A stretch of DNA of 46,846 nt. Source: Pseudomonadota bacterium. Its GTDB lineage: Bacteria; Pseudomonadota; Alphaproteobacteria; Rhodobacterales; Rhodobacteraceae. Of this stretch, positions 1-8,731 are shown one piece after another. The stretch is taken from the NCBI GenBank assembly GCA_039033775.1, contig JBCCCB010000001.1:1-46846 (forward strand), given 5' to 3'. Every line of letters begins with the position of its first letter. Within the stretch, counting starts at the first letter, position 1. A program made the position numbers and the translations under genes. The notes under the pieces were generated by a model that did not search any database, had not been told where the DNA came from, and saw only the letters and a list, made by a program, of their open reading frames with translations.

Positions 1-129
1 GGCGGGGAAGTCGATGCGTGCCATGAAGGCGCGGGCATTGGGTTCCGAGAGCTCATCGGCCCAGGCCAAGTGGGGCTGCCAGTCGATGAGCACGCCGCCG
101 ATGTCGAAAACCACGTTGGAGAGAGTCAC
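1..129 (-). CDS. HAD family phosphatase (N-terminal part, runs off the window)
   Basis: Manual translation MTLSNVVFDIGGVLIDWQPHLAW... has HAD motif I (FDIGGVL); GTG start with GGAGG upstream; not in ORF track. Confidence 0.75.
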   Translation of the reverse strand, partial: MTLSNVVFDIGGVLIDWQPHLAWADELSEPNARAFMARIDFPA

Positions 130-214
130 GGGGCGGCCTCCCCGCGTCGGGGCCGCAATTGGCGGATCGCGCCAGCCCCAAAACCCGCCGGATCGTGCTC
201 GCGGGGTCGGCGCG

Positions 215-595
215 CTAGGCTTGCCGCTTCTGAGTCGTTTGGCACCGGGCCCGCAAGACGCTTGCGATCTGGGCCACGACTCCATCTGGGTCCGACAGCA
301 CCGTCTGGCCAGTCACTCGCACGAGGCCGTAACCCGCCTGGGCCAGCTCCTCGTCGCGCGTGGCGAGCCGTTTGCGATGCTGACCCGCGCCCGTGATCTC
401 GACGATCAGCCGGGCTTCCGGGCAGAGGAAATCCACGATCTTGCCGTCGAGCGGCGCCCGCCGGCGGAACTTCCAGCCCTCGACCTGCCTGTTCCGCAGA
501 CATTGCCACAGCGCCATATCCGGCGCGGGCATCCATCGCCGAAGGGTCCGTGCGCGGGAGACGGTATCGTTGCGCTTTGACATGACGCCAAGCAT
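215..595 (-). CDS. DUF559 / Vsr-like endonuclease domain protein (degenerate motifs)
   Basis: RARTLRR..P..ALWQCLRNRQVEGWKFRRR.PLDGKIVDFLCPEARLIVEITG..QH and GYGLVRV fit the DUF559 pattern; start may be 583. Confidence 0.75.
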   Translation of the reverse strand: MLGVMSKRNDTVSRARTLRRWMPAPDMALWQCLRNRQVEGWKFRRRAPLDGKIVDFLCPEARLIVEITGAGQHRKRLATRDEELAQAGYGLVRVTGQTVLSDPDGVVAQIASVLRARCQTTQKRQA

Positions 596-626
596 CGTCG
601 ACCGAGATGAACGAACGGTTACCGAA

Positions 627-768
627 GCCCCCCCTCACCACAACCCCTCTCCCCAGGGGGGAGAGGGGCCGCCCAACGGGACCGCTTCGCAGCATCGGAG
701 ACCACCCTCTGCTGCTTGCGGGACGGAGCCCTCTCCCCCTTGGGGGAGAGGGTTGGGTGAGGGGGGGC
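627..768. repeat. BoxC-like bipartite palindromic repeat (two CCCTCTCCCC..GGGGAGAGGG hairpins, CCCCTCACC/GGTGAGGGG termini)
   Basis: Seen directly; related copy at 6502-6633. Confidence 0.8.
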
Positions 769-769
769 A

Positions 770-1840
770 TCATTCGGCAGCCTCGGCGACAGTTTGGGCC
801 TCGCGGCGCAGGCGGCGGATGAGTTCGAGTTCGGCTTGGAAATCGACGTAATGGGGCAGTTTGATGTGTTCCAAGAACCCCGTCGCTTGGATGTTGTCGG
901 CGTGGCTGAGGACGAATTCCTCGTCCTGGGCCGGAGCGCCGACGAAATCCTCGCCCAATTCGCGCCATTGCAGGGCGCGGTCGACCAAAGACATGGAGAT
1001 GGCCTTGCGCTCGCACGCGCCCAGGGTCAGGCCGTAGCCACGGGTGAATTGCGGGGGCTCCGTCTTCGAGCCGGTGAATTGGTTTACCGTCTCGCATTCG
1101 GTGACGGTGATCTCGGCGAAGGTGACGGAGAAACCCAGTTCGGGGATGTCCATCTCGACCTCGACAGCGCCAATGCGCAGCTCGCCCACGAAGGCGTGGG
1201 TGCGGCCGTAGCCCCGTTGGGTCGAGTAGGCGAGGCCGAGGAGGAAGCCTTCATCGGCGCGGGCCAGGGCTTGCAGGCGCAGGGGGCGGTCGGCCGGGAG
1301 TTCCAGAGGGGTGCGAGTCAGGTCCGGGGGCGTCGTCTCGTCCGCCGGTTCGGCACGCAACAAGCCCTCACGGTCCAGGTACTCGGCGACGCGGGGGCGC
1401 GCGGTGGGGGCGGCCGCGGCCAGGGCGGCGGGGTCGGCGCCGGCGGCCTCGGCGAAGTCGATCAGGCGGTGGGTGTAGTCGAAGGTCGGACCCAGCACCT
1501 GGCCGCCGGGGATGTCCTTGAACGTGGCCGAGACGCGGCGGTCGCAGGCCATGGCGCCGGTGTCGATGGGGTGCGACGCGCCCAGTCGGGGCAGCGTGGT
1601 GCGGTAGGCGCGGATCAGGAAGACGGTCTCGATCAGGTCGCCGCGCGCTTGGCGGATGGCGATGGCGGCCAGGTCCGGATCGTAGAGCGAGCCTTCCGAC
1701 ATGACCCGCGCGACAGACAGCGCGAGCTGGGAGGCGATCTGGTCGGTGTCGAGCAGGGGGCCGGTGCCCCGGCGTTCCTCGGCCAGCCAGGCATGGGCGG
1801 CGGCGATGGCCTCTTCGCCGCCTTTGGCCGCGACGTACAT
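770..1840 (-). CDS. phnI: C-P lyase complex subunit PhnI
   Basis: MYVAAKGGEEAI..., RRVSATFKDIPGGQVLGPTFDYTHRL, HIKLPHYVDFQAEL. Confidence 0.95.
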   Translation of the reverse strand: MYVAAKGGEEAIAAAHAWLAEERRGTGPLLDTDQIASQLALSVARVMSEGSLYDPDLAAIAIRQARGDLIETVFLIRAYRTTLPRLGASHPIDTGAMACDRRVSATFKDIPGGQVLGPTFDYTHRLIDFAEAAGADPAALAAAAPTARPRVAEYLDREGLLRAEPADETTPPDLTRTPLELPADRPLRLQALARADEGFLLGLAYSTQRGYGRTHAFVGELRIGAVEVEMDIPELGFSVTFAEITVTECETVNQFTGSKTEPPQFTRGYGLTLGACERKAISMSLVDRALQWRELGEDFVGAPAQDEEFVLSHADNIQATGFLEHIKLPHYVDFQAELELIRRLRREAQTVAEAAE

Positions 1841-2379
1841 CAGCCGATCCTCGTGGAGCGGGGCAGGGCCGCGATACGGGTGCCGCAGGTGAGGATGACA
1901 TCGACGCCCTGCGGATAGAGGGCGGCGTTGGCGGCGAACGCACGGGGGTCGGGGAGGGGGAGGGTGGCGTCCGTCTCGATGCCCGGGCCGGTCAGGCGCG
2001 GGCCAGGGGTGTCGAGGGTCGGGACCTCGACGATCAGAGTCGCGCTGCGGTCGGGGTAGTCGGGCGGACCGATGGGCCAGTCGGAGAGGGGCGCGAGGGC
2101 CGACCAGGGGCCGGCGGCGAAGGTGGCGTCGGTGCGGCGTCCGGCGGGGGCGCCGGTATGGAAGACGAGCCAGTCGTGGGCGGCCTGCGCGTTCGGCGGC
2201 AGCCAAACGGGCGTGGTCGGGTCGGCCAGGACGAGGAGCGTTGCGGCGGCGGCGGGGGAAAGGCCGTCCGGCGCAGGGGCCGAGAGGTCGTGGATCGTGC
2301 CGGGGCGGGCCATGGCCTGCATGAGGGTGCGGAAGGCGGTCGCGGACTGGGTGGGATGGTCGGTGAAGGCGGGCTGCAT
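1840..2379 (-). CDS. phnH: C-P lyase subunit PhnH
   Basis: FRTLMQAMARPG, LVFHTGAP, YPDRSATLIVEV, LTGPGI, ALPRSTRI; lies between phnG and phnI. Confidence 0.92.
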   Translation of the reverse strand: MQPAFTDHPTQSATAFRTLMQAMARPGTIHDLSAPAPDGLSPAAAATLLVLADPTTPVWLPPNAQAAHDWLVFHTGAPAGRRTDATFAAGPWSALAPLSDWPIGPPDYPDRSATLIVEVPTLDTPGPRLTGPGIETDATLPLPDPRAFAANAALYPQGVDVILTCGTRIAALPRSTRIG

Positions 2380-2807
2380 CAGTCTTCTCCCCGGACCATG
2401 GTTTCGAAATCGACGCGGGTCGCCTCGGCCTTGCGGGCGCTGGTGTCGCGACGCTCGCGCTCGGCGTCGGCGAGTGGGACCAGGACCGTCCGTCGAACCT
2501 CGTCGGCCCGGGCGCCCTGCATCAAGGCGTCGATCCAGGCGGCGCGGGTGGCGTGGTCGGCGTCGCGGCCTTGGACGATGGCGTGGCCCTCTTTGCCCTC
2601 CAGGCGGAGGGCGCAGCGGGTGGCAGTGACCTCGCCCAGGTTGAACGCGGCGCCGGTGCCGCCGGTGCGGCCCCGAACCATGACGGAGCCGGTTTCGGGG
2701 CGGCGGAGCCAATCGGGTTGAGGCATCTCGCCCAAGGACGCGGCAGCGGTGCGCAGGGCAGCGGGCTTGGTGCGGCCCAGCAATCCGATCCAGTCTTTGC
2801 GCTCCAT
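2379..2807 (-). CDS. phnG: C-P lyase subunit PhnG
   Basis: RRPETGSVMVRGRTGGTGAAFNLGEVTATRC and C-terminal ATRVDFETMVRGED. Confidence 0.95.
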   Translation of the reverse strand: MERKDWIGLLGRTKPAALRTAAASLGEMPQPDWLRRPETGSVMVRGRTGGTGAAFNLGEVTATRCALRLEGKEGHAIVQGRDADHATRAAWIDALMQGARADEVRRTVLVPLADAERERRDTSARKAEATRVDFETMVRGED

Positions 2808-2827
2808 CGGTGCCTCAACAACTCGAC

Positions 2828-2855
2828 AACTTGTCACACGACAACTATACAAGTT
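2828..2855. promoter_or_regulatory. Putative PhnF operator (AACTTGT-N14-ACAAGTT) in the divergent phnG/phnF spacer
   Basis: Inverted repeat plus GACAAC direct repeats in a ~50 bp intergenic region; assignment to PhnF is inference. Confidence 0.55.
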
Positions 2856-2857
2856 CT

Positions 2858-3592
2858 ATGAGCAACACCAGTGACACTTCCATGACGCCCGGATCGGTCT
2901 GGTCCACGATTGCTGCGGCCTTGCGGGGCGAGATCGCCGGCGGCGCGCGCAGCCCCGGAGACCGGCTGCCGACCGAGGCGCAATTGGCGGCGCGGTTCGG
3001 GGTGAACCGGCATACGGTGCGGCGGGCCTTGGCGGCCCTGGTGGACGAAGGCTTGGTGCGCACCAAACGTGGGGCGGGGGCGTTCGTGGCGGCGGTGCCA
3101 ACGGAGTATCCGCTGGGCGCGCGGGTGCGGTTCCGGCGTTCGATGGAAGCGGCGGGCCGGGTGCCGGGGAAGCGGGTGCTGTCGGCGGAGACGCGGGCGG
3201 CGACGCGGGCCGAGGCCGAGGTGCTGCGGTTGCAGCCCGGCGAGACAGTTCATGTGACGGATGGGATCGCATTGGCCGATGGGGCGCCGGTGGCGTTGTT
3301 TCACTCGGTCTATCCGGCGGCTTGGTTGCCTGGGTTGCCCGACGCGTTGGTGGAATATGGGTCTGTCACCAAAGCCTTGGCGGCTTGCGGCGTCGAGGAT
3401 TACGTGCGGGTGTCGACCCGGATTTCAGCGGCGGCGGCCACGCCGGTGGAGGCGGGGCATTTGCAGGTGACAGCGGGGGCGCCGCTGCTGGTGTCGGAAG
3501 CGGTGAATGCTGATTTGGAGGGCATGCCGGTCGAACATGGGGTGACCCGGTTCGCGGCGGATCGGATCACGCTGACGCTGGATCACTCGTAG
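2858..3592 (+). CDS. phnF: GntR/HutC family phosphonate regulator PhnF
   Basis: GDRLPTEAQLAARFGVNRHTVRRAL HTH plus UTRA domain; divergent from phnG; start may be 2882. Confidence 0.92.
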   Translation: MSNTSDTSMTPGSVWSTIAAALRGEIAGGARSPGDRLPTEAQLAARFGVNRHTVRRALAALVDEGLVRTKRGAGAFVAAVPTEYPLGARVRFRRSMEAAGRVPGKRVLSAETRAATRAEAEVLRLQPGETVHVTDGIALADGAPVALFHSVYPAAWLPGLPDALVEYGSVTKALAACGVEDYVRVSTRISAAAATPVEAGHLQVTAGAPLLVSEAVNADLEGMPVEHGVTRFAADRITLTLDHS

Positions 3593-4200
3593 CGGTCGAG
3601 GAAGTCTTCGGCGGAGAGCTGACGGAAATCCTTCAGGGTTTCTCGGAGCTTGGCGTGGGACCAGTCCCACCATTCGAGCGCCATCAACCGCCCGGCGGTG
3701 CGGGCGGGGAGGCGTTCGCGGATCGGTTTGGCGGGCACGCCCGCGACGATCCAATAAGGCCGGACGTCTTTGGTGACCACTGCTCCGGAGGCGACGACGG
3801 CGCCGTGGCCGATGGTAATCTCGGGCTTCACCTGGGCCTGCGCGCCGATCCAGGTGTCGTGACCTAGGGTCGCGATGCGGGTTCGGCGGTGGGCAAACCA
3901 GGCGTGGTCGTGGCCGGCATCGTCCCAGTAATCCGCTGATCTGTAATGGAAATGATGGAGCGACGCTTTCTCCATCGGGTGGTCGGTGGCGCCGATGCGG
4001 GCATGGGCCGCGATGTTGGCGAACTTACCAATCCGGGCATTGGCGATGTCGGCGTAGCGGTCGCAATAGGAATAGTCGTCCAGATGCGAATGGGCGACGC
4101 GGCTGCCGCGGCCGATCTCCACATAGGCGCCGAAGGTGCAATCGTCGGTGATCTCGGTCTCGGGGTGTAGGAAGGGCGTGTCGGGTTTGAGGCGGGCCAT
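3583..4200 (-). CDS. Hexapeptide-repeat (CAT/DapH-like) acetyltransferase of phosphonate clusters
   Basis: DDYSYC, IGKFANIA, GHDTWIG, GHGAVVASGAVVTKDV, GVPAKPIRER, WWDW motifs. Confidence 0.88.
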   Translation of the reverse strand: MARLKPDTPFLHPETEITDDCTFGAYVEIGRGSRVAHSHLDDYSYCDRYADIANARIGKFANIAAHARIGATDHPMEKASLHHFHYRSADYWDDAGHDHAWFAHRRTRIATLGHDTWIGAQAQVKPEITIGHGAVVASGAVVTKDVRPYWIVAGVPAKPIRERLPARTAGRLMALEWWDWSHAKLRETLKDFRQLSAEDFLDRYE

Positions 4201-4314
4201 TTTCGGGTCTCTCAGATGGGGGTGCCGGGCGTGCACCCCCTGTACACCCCCCGTGCGAACGTGCGTTCGCACGGTTTTGTTCGGGGATCGTTAAGTGTTC
4301 CGTGCTTCGGGGGC

Positions 4315-4337
4315 GATGGGGTGAAACCCCATCCTAC
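4315..4337 (-). repeat. GTAG-type REP hairpin (GTAGGATGGGGTTTCACCCCATC) overlapping the phnE stop codon
   Basis: 7-bp perfect stem preceded by GTAG on the minus strand; a second hairpin lies at 4251-4274. Confidence 0.6.
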
Positions 4338-5632
4338 GTCCCTTTGATCAGACGGCGGCGCAGCCAGCCGGAGATCGAGTCCATGGCGAAGACCATGAGG
4401 ACGACCAGGAGGATGTAGTAGCTGACCTCCTCCCAATCCTTCTGGGTGATGATCGCCTGGGTCAGCAGCAGGCCGATGCCACCGCCGGTGATGGCGCCAA
4501 TCACGGTCGCCGAGCGGGTGTTGGATTCCAGGTAGTAGAGAACCTGCGCCAGCAGGACCGGCAGGAGTTGCGGGATCACGCCGAAGCGCGCGCGCAGGAC
4601 GGCGCCGGCGCCGGTGGAACGCACGCCCTCGATCTGCCGCTGGTCGACGTTCTCCAATGCCTCGGAGAACATCTTGCCGAAGGTCCCTGTATCGGTGAGC
4701 AGGATGGCCAGCGTCCCGGTCATGGGACCCGGCCCGAAGGCGCGGCTGAGGATGATGGTCCAGATCAGGCCATCCACGCCGCGCAGGAAGTCGAACAGGC
4801 GGCGGGAGACGAATTTGACCAACGTCAGCGGCGTGAAACCCCGGGCCGCCAGGAACGAGAGCGGCAGGGCCAGCATGGCGGCCCCCGCAGTGCCGAGGAA
4901 GGCCATCAGGATGGTCTCGAAGATGGCCCAGGCGACCTCGCCATGGCGCCACATGTCGTTGGTCCAGAAGTCCTGCCAGATGGCGCCTGCCTGGCCCGAG
5001 AGGGCGGCGCCGGTCAGGGCCAGAGGGCCCATCCCATGGAAGGGACTGTCGAGGGTGAAGAAGAACAGCTCCCACCCGGCGAAGTAACGGAAGACTTCGG
5101 TGCGGTTGCGGGTGACGATGAAGCGGCCCGCCTCGGTATCGACCACGATCCGGTTGCGGCTGGCATTGATCCAGTCGGGTGTGGGGCCTTCGGGCAGGGT
5201 GGCGTCGACGCCCTGGCTGCGCGACGGCTGGGCGGTGATCGTGCCGTAGCCGGGGATGTCATAGGCGGTGAAATTGTCGGGGCCGAAGGTGACGACATGG
5301 CCGTCGCCCAGATCGACGGTCGTGGTCTCGCCCAAGGCGACCCAGGCGGGCGCCTCGCCTTCGGGGTAACGGCCCTTGCGCTCGCCCTCGATGGCGACCT
5401 CCATGGCGCCGTCGCGGTTGTCGCGGGTGACGTGGACCTTGTGGCTGACCGTGTCGGCCACCAGGATGCGGGCGTTCTGGCCGTCGGCGGTGCGGATTAG
5501 CTCGGGGCCGTCGAAGGCGAAGAAGATGTAGACCAGATAGGCCAGCAGCAGCGCGGGGATGCCGATCAGCCAAAGGCGGGCCCGGGCGAAGTGGCGTTCG
5601 GCGGTGGTGTAATGGGCGGCGACGTCGGTCAT
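4334..5632 (-). CDS. phnE: Phosphonate ABC transporter permease with large N-terminal periplasmic domain
   Basis: GKMFSEALENVD..EGVRSTGA EAA loop, ESNTRSATVIG. Confidence 0.9.
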   Translation of the reverse strand: MTDVAAHYTTAERHFARARLWLIGIPALLLAYLVYIFFAFDGPELIRTADGQNARILVADTVSHKVHVTRDNRDGAMEVAIEGERKGRYPEGEAPAWVALGETTTVDLGDGHVVTFGPDNFTAYDIPGYGTITAQPSRSQGVDATLPEGPTPDWINASRNRIVVDTEAGRFIVTRNRTEVFRYFAGWELFFFTLDSPFHGMGPLALTGAALSGQAGAIWQDFWTNDMWRHGEVAWAIFETILMAFLGTAGAAMLALPLSFLAARGFTPLTLVKFVSRRLFDFLRGVDGLIWTIILSRAFGPGPMTGTLAILLTDTGTFGKMFSEALENVDQRQIEGVRSTGAGAVLRARFGVIPQLLPVLLAQVLYYLESNTRSATVIGAITGGGIGLLLTQAIITQKDWEEVSYYILLVVLMVFAMDSISGWLRRRLIKGT

Positions 5633-6480
5633 AGCGCGGCCCCTTTGGTGAGACGCTCGCGCAGGGCGGACCCGATCTGATCCACCAGGACGATGGTCGC
5701 GAAGAGCAACAGGAAGATGGCGGCGGCTTCGGCGAAGCGGCCGGGGCCCCAGGACATGGCGTTGCGTAGGTCGTAGCCGATGCCGCCCGCGCCGACGAAG
5801 CCCAGGATGGCGGAGGCGCGGATATTGATCTCGAACCGCAGGAGCCCGTAGCTGAGCCAGTTGGGCGCGACTTGCGGGACGACGCCGAAGAGCATGCGTT
5901 GCCCCCAGGAGGCGCCGACGGAATGGAGGCCCTCGACCGCGCCGAGCGATGCGTTTTCCGCCACTTCGGAGAAGAGTTTGCCCAGGGCGCCCATGGTGTG
6001 GAGCGCGATGGCGATCATGGCCGGGACCGGCCCGCCGCCGAGGACAAAGATCAGGACCAGCGCGATGACGATGTCGGGGATGGCGCGCAGCGTGTCCAGC
6101 AGGCGGCGGATCGGCGCGACGAGCCAGGGGATCGGGGCCAGGCCGCGGGTGACCAGGAAGGCCAGCGCGCCGCCCACGGCCGCGCCGATGAGCGTGGCGG
6201 CGGCGGCGATGTTGATCGTTTCGATCAGGGAGGGGAGGTATTCGAGCAGGAAGCCGGGGAGTTCGTCGGCCCGTTCGACGGCCTCGGTGACCACGTCGGC
6301 GGGGAAGTCGAAGATATTGGGCAGGCCTTGCAGAAAGCCGCCGGCGTTCCGGTCATTGGCGGTCAGGAAGCCCGCGACCAGGAGGACGATGAAGAGCACC
6401 AGGCCGATGCCGTTCCAGACCCGCTTGAGGCGGAGTTGGGCGGTGTAGGAGGCTTGGATATCGGTGATCGTTGCCGTCAT
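5629..6480 (-). CDS. phnE: Phosphonate ABC transporter permease
   Basis: GALGKLFSEVAE, RFEINIRASAILGFVGAGGIG. Confidence 0.93.
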   Translation of the reverse strand: MTATITDIQASYTAQLRLKRVWNGIGLVLFIVLLVAGFLTANDRNAGGFLQGLPNIFDFPADVVTEAVERADELPGFLLEYLPSLIETINIAAAATLIGAAVGGALAFLVTRGLAPIPWLVAPIRRLLDTLRAIPDIVIALVLIFVLGGGPVPAMIAIALHTMGALGKLFSEVAENASLGAVEGLHSVGASWGQRMLFGVVPQVAPNWLSYGLLRFEINIRASAILGFVGAGGIGYDLRNAMSWGPGRFAEAAAIFLLLFATIVLVDQIGSALRERLTKGAAL

Positions 6481-6501
6481 GGCGTTGCCCTTGATGCCGG
6501 C

Positions 6502-6633
6502 GCCCCCTCACCCAACCCTCTCCCCCCCCGTGGGGGAGAGGGCTCGGTTGCGCCAAGGTCGGAGGATGTGCCCAGGTGGTCGGGCCGGGCGGCTCCCCTC
6601 TCCCCGAGGGGAGAGGGGCTGGGGGTGAGGGGG
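6502..6633. repeat. BoxC-like bipartite palindromic repeat, second copy, between phnD and phnE
   Basis: Arms match the reverse complement of 627-768; central spacer differs. Confidence 0.8.
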
Positions 6634-7545
6634 TTAGCCGCCGATCTCGCGGCGGCGCACTTCCACGATGGTCGTGTAGGCGTCGTGGGTGATCGGCTGG
6701 AAGCCCGCGGTCTCACCGGCGGCGACGCCATAGGCGCAATCCTGGTCGGTCTCATGCAGGTTGGCGACCAGGTCGACCATCTTGGCCTTCACATCCTCGG
6801 GCAGGGAGGTGCGCAGCACGATGGGGCCTTCGGGGATCGGGGCGGAGCGCCAGATTTCGACCAGGTCGTTCATGTCGACGATGCCGGCATCCGAGGCGCG
6901 GCGCAGCGCGCCGGAATTGTAGCCGTCTTCCCAATCGCCCAGGCCGTCGGCCCAGGTCACGCCGCCATCGACGTCGCCATTGGCGACCGCGACGATGGTC
7001 TGCTCGTGCCCGCCGGTGAACTTGACCTCACCGAAGAAGTCGCCGTCGTCCATGGTGGCGCCGGTGGCCTGCGGGATCTCGACCGAGGGGATCAGGTAGC
7101 CCGACGTGGAGTTCGGGTCGCCGAAGCCGAAGACCTTGCCTTCCATGTCGTCCAGCGAGGTGATGCCGCTATCGGCGCGGGCGAAGCCGATGGAATGGTA
7201 GGAAAACGAGCCGTCCAGGTTGGTCTTGACCAGCACCGGCTCGACCGCCTCCGGGTCCTGCAGGTAAATCGCCGCGTAGGACGAGGCGCCCAGCCAGGCC
7301 ATGTCGAGCGTGCCGCCCAGAAGGCCCTGGATCACGCCGTTATAGTCGGCGGGGGTGAAGACGTTGACGTCGATGCCGCCCAGCGTTTCGGAGGTGTAGT
7401 CGGCCAGGCACTGGTTGGCGGTCAGGCGGTCTTGGGCGTTTTCGCCGCCCAGAACGCCGATGTTGAACTCGGAAATGGCCGACTCGGCGAATGCGGCGCC
7501 GGTCATGGCAGTGGTGGCGGCCAGGGCCAGGATGGTCTTTTGCAT
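6634..7545 (-). CDS. phnD: Phosphonate ABC transporter substrate-binding protein
   Basis: Signal peptide; DYNGVIQGLLGG, FGDPNSTSGYLIP, FTGGHEQ. Confidence 0.95.
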   Translation of the reverse strand: MQKTILALAATTAMTGAAFAESAISEFNIGVLGGENAQDRLTANQCLADYTSETLGGIDVNVFTPADYNGVIQGLLGGTLDMAWLGASSYAAIYLQDPEAVEPVLVKTNLDGSFSYHSIGFARADSGITSLDDMEGKVFGFGDPNSTSGYLIPSVEIPQATGATMDDGDFFGEVKFTGGHEQTIVAVANGDVDGGVTWADGLGDWEDGYNSGALRRASDAGIVDMNDLVEIWRSAPIPEGPIVLRTSLPEDVKAKMVDLVANLHETDQDCAYGVAAGETAGFQPITHDAYTTIVEVRRREIGG

Positions 7546-7593
7546 GGGTCTCTCCCCTAGAGTTTGGCTGTGCCCCGAAGGGCGGGTTACACG

Positions 7594-8412
7594 TCAGACG
7601 GCGGCCTTGGCCTGAAGGACCTCGGGCGCCGTCTCGGTGTCTCGGATTTCGGTGGAGGTGGCGGCCTCGGAGAAGTCCGCCCCCGCGCCGTAGATGTCGC
7701 GCGCCACGCCGGTGGTCAGCTGCTCGGGCGTGCCGTCGAAGACCACGCGGCCGTCGCGCATGCCGATGACGCGGTCGCAATAGCGCCGGGCGGTATCCAG
7801 CGTATGCAGGTTGCAGATGATGGTGCGCCTGTCCTGTTCGTGGATGTCGCGCAGCGATTGCATGACCACCTGGGCGTTCATCGGGTCGAGCGAGGCGATG
7901 GGCTCGTCGGCCAGGATGATCTTCGGGTCCTGCATGAGTGCGCGGGCGATGGCGACGCGCTGCTGCTGGCCGCCCGACAGGGCTTCGGCCCGCTTGGCGG
8001 CGTGGTCCTGGATGCCCAGGCGGGCGAGGATGTCGATGGCGCGATGGATATCCTCGCGCGGCCAAAGGGCGAAGAGCGCGCGGGTGGTGGAGCGGCGGTT
8101 CAGGGTGCCGTGCAGGACGTTGGAGACCACGTCCATGCGGGGGACCAGATTGAACTGCTGGAAGATCATCGCGCAATCGGCCTGCCAATTACGGGCGGCT
8201 TTGCCTTTGAGGGCCGTGATATGGCGGTCGTCGAAGCTGATATGGCCTTCGGTGGGGCGTTCCAGCAGGTTGAGCATGCGAAGCATGGTCGATTTACCAG
8301 CGCCGGAGCGGCCGATAATGCCGATCATGGTCGGCCGGTCCACCGACAGGGTCACCTCATCCACGGCGGTCGCGGATCCGAACCGCTTGGTCAGGCGCTC
8401 GATGTTCAACAT
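7594..8412 (-). CDS. phnC: Phosphonate ABC transporter ATPase
   Basis: [45 protein letters not shown]. Confidence 0.96.
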   Translation of the reverse strand: MLNIERLTKRFGSATAVDEVTLSVDRPTMIGIIGRSGAGKSTMLRMLNLLERPTEGHISFDDRHITALKGKAARNWQADCAMIFQQFNLVPRMDVVSNVLHGTLNRRSTTRALFALWPREDIHRAIDILARLGIQDHAAKRAEALSGGQQQRVAIARALMQDPKIILADEPIASLDPMNAQVVMQSLRDIHEQDRRTIICNLHTLDTARRYCDRVIGMRDGRVVFDGTPEQLTTGVARDIYGAGADFSEAATSTEIRDTETAPEVLQAKAAV

Positions 8413-8462
8413 ATGTGGGGGACCCCCAAAATCCCGTTCCGAGCGGCAAATGAGGGGGCAGC

Positions 8463-8524
8463 GCGAAGCCTGTGTGACGATTCAGCGAAGCCTGTGTGAC
8501 GCTTGGGAAACGGTTTTATGACGG
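8463..8524 (-). promoter_or_regulatory. Tandem Pho boxes upstream of phnC
   Basis: Minus strand CCGTCAT-aaaa-CCGTTTC-ccaa-GCGTCAC-acag-GCTTCGC-tgaa-TCGTCAC-acag-GCTTCGC: 11-bp period, units resembling CTGTCAT. Confidence 0.75.
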
Positions 8525-8731
8525 CACCGCCTCGATGGCCCGACCTGGGGACCGGAGGGGAGGCGGCCGGGATGCCGCTGTCCGGGACCTGGAGAAAGCC
8601 GGTGAGGCCGTGCGTGGCCAACCCGTCGTCCCGACGAAAAACGCCCTGCCCGCGACTTTGACATCGCCGCGGACAGGGCATCTCTCTTAGCTGGTCGCGC
8701 CGGTCACCGGGGCCGGCGCAGCGCGGATATC

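Noticed and set aside
5872-7560. 562-aa plus-strand ORF
   Set aside because: Antisense to phnD/phnE and reads through a repeat; no motifs
8463-8501. 17-bp direct repeat as a possible mini-CRISPR or att site
   Set aside because: 5-bp spacer and 22-bp period fit Pho boxes; no cas or integrase gene nearby
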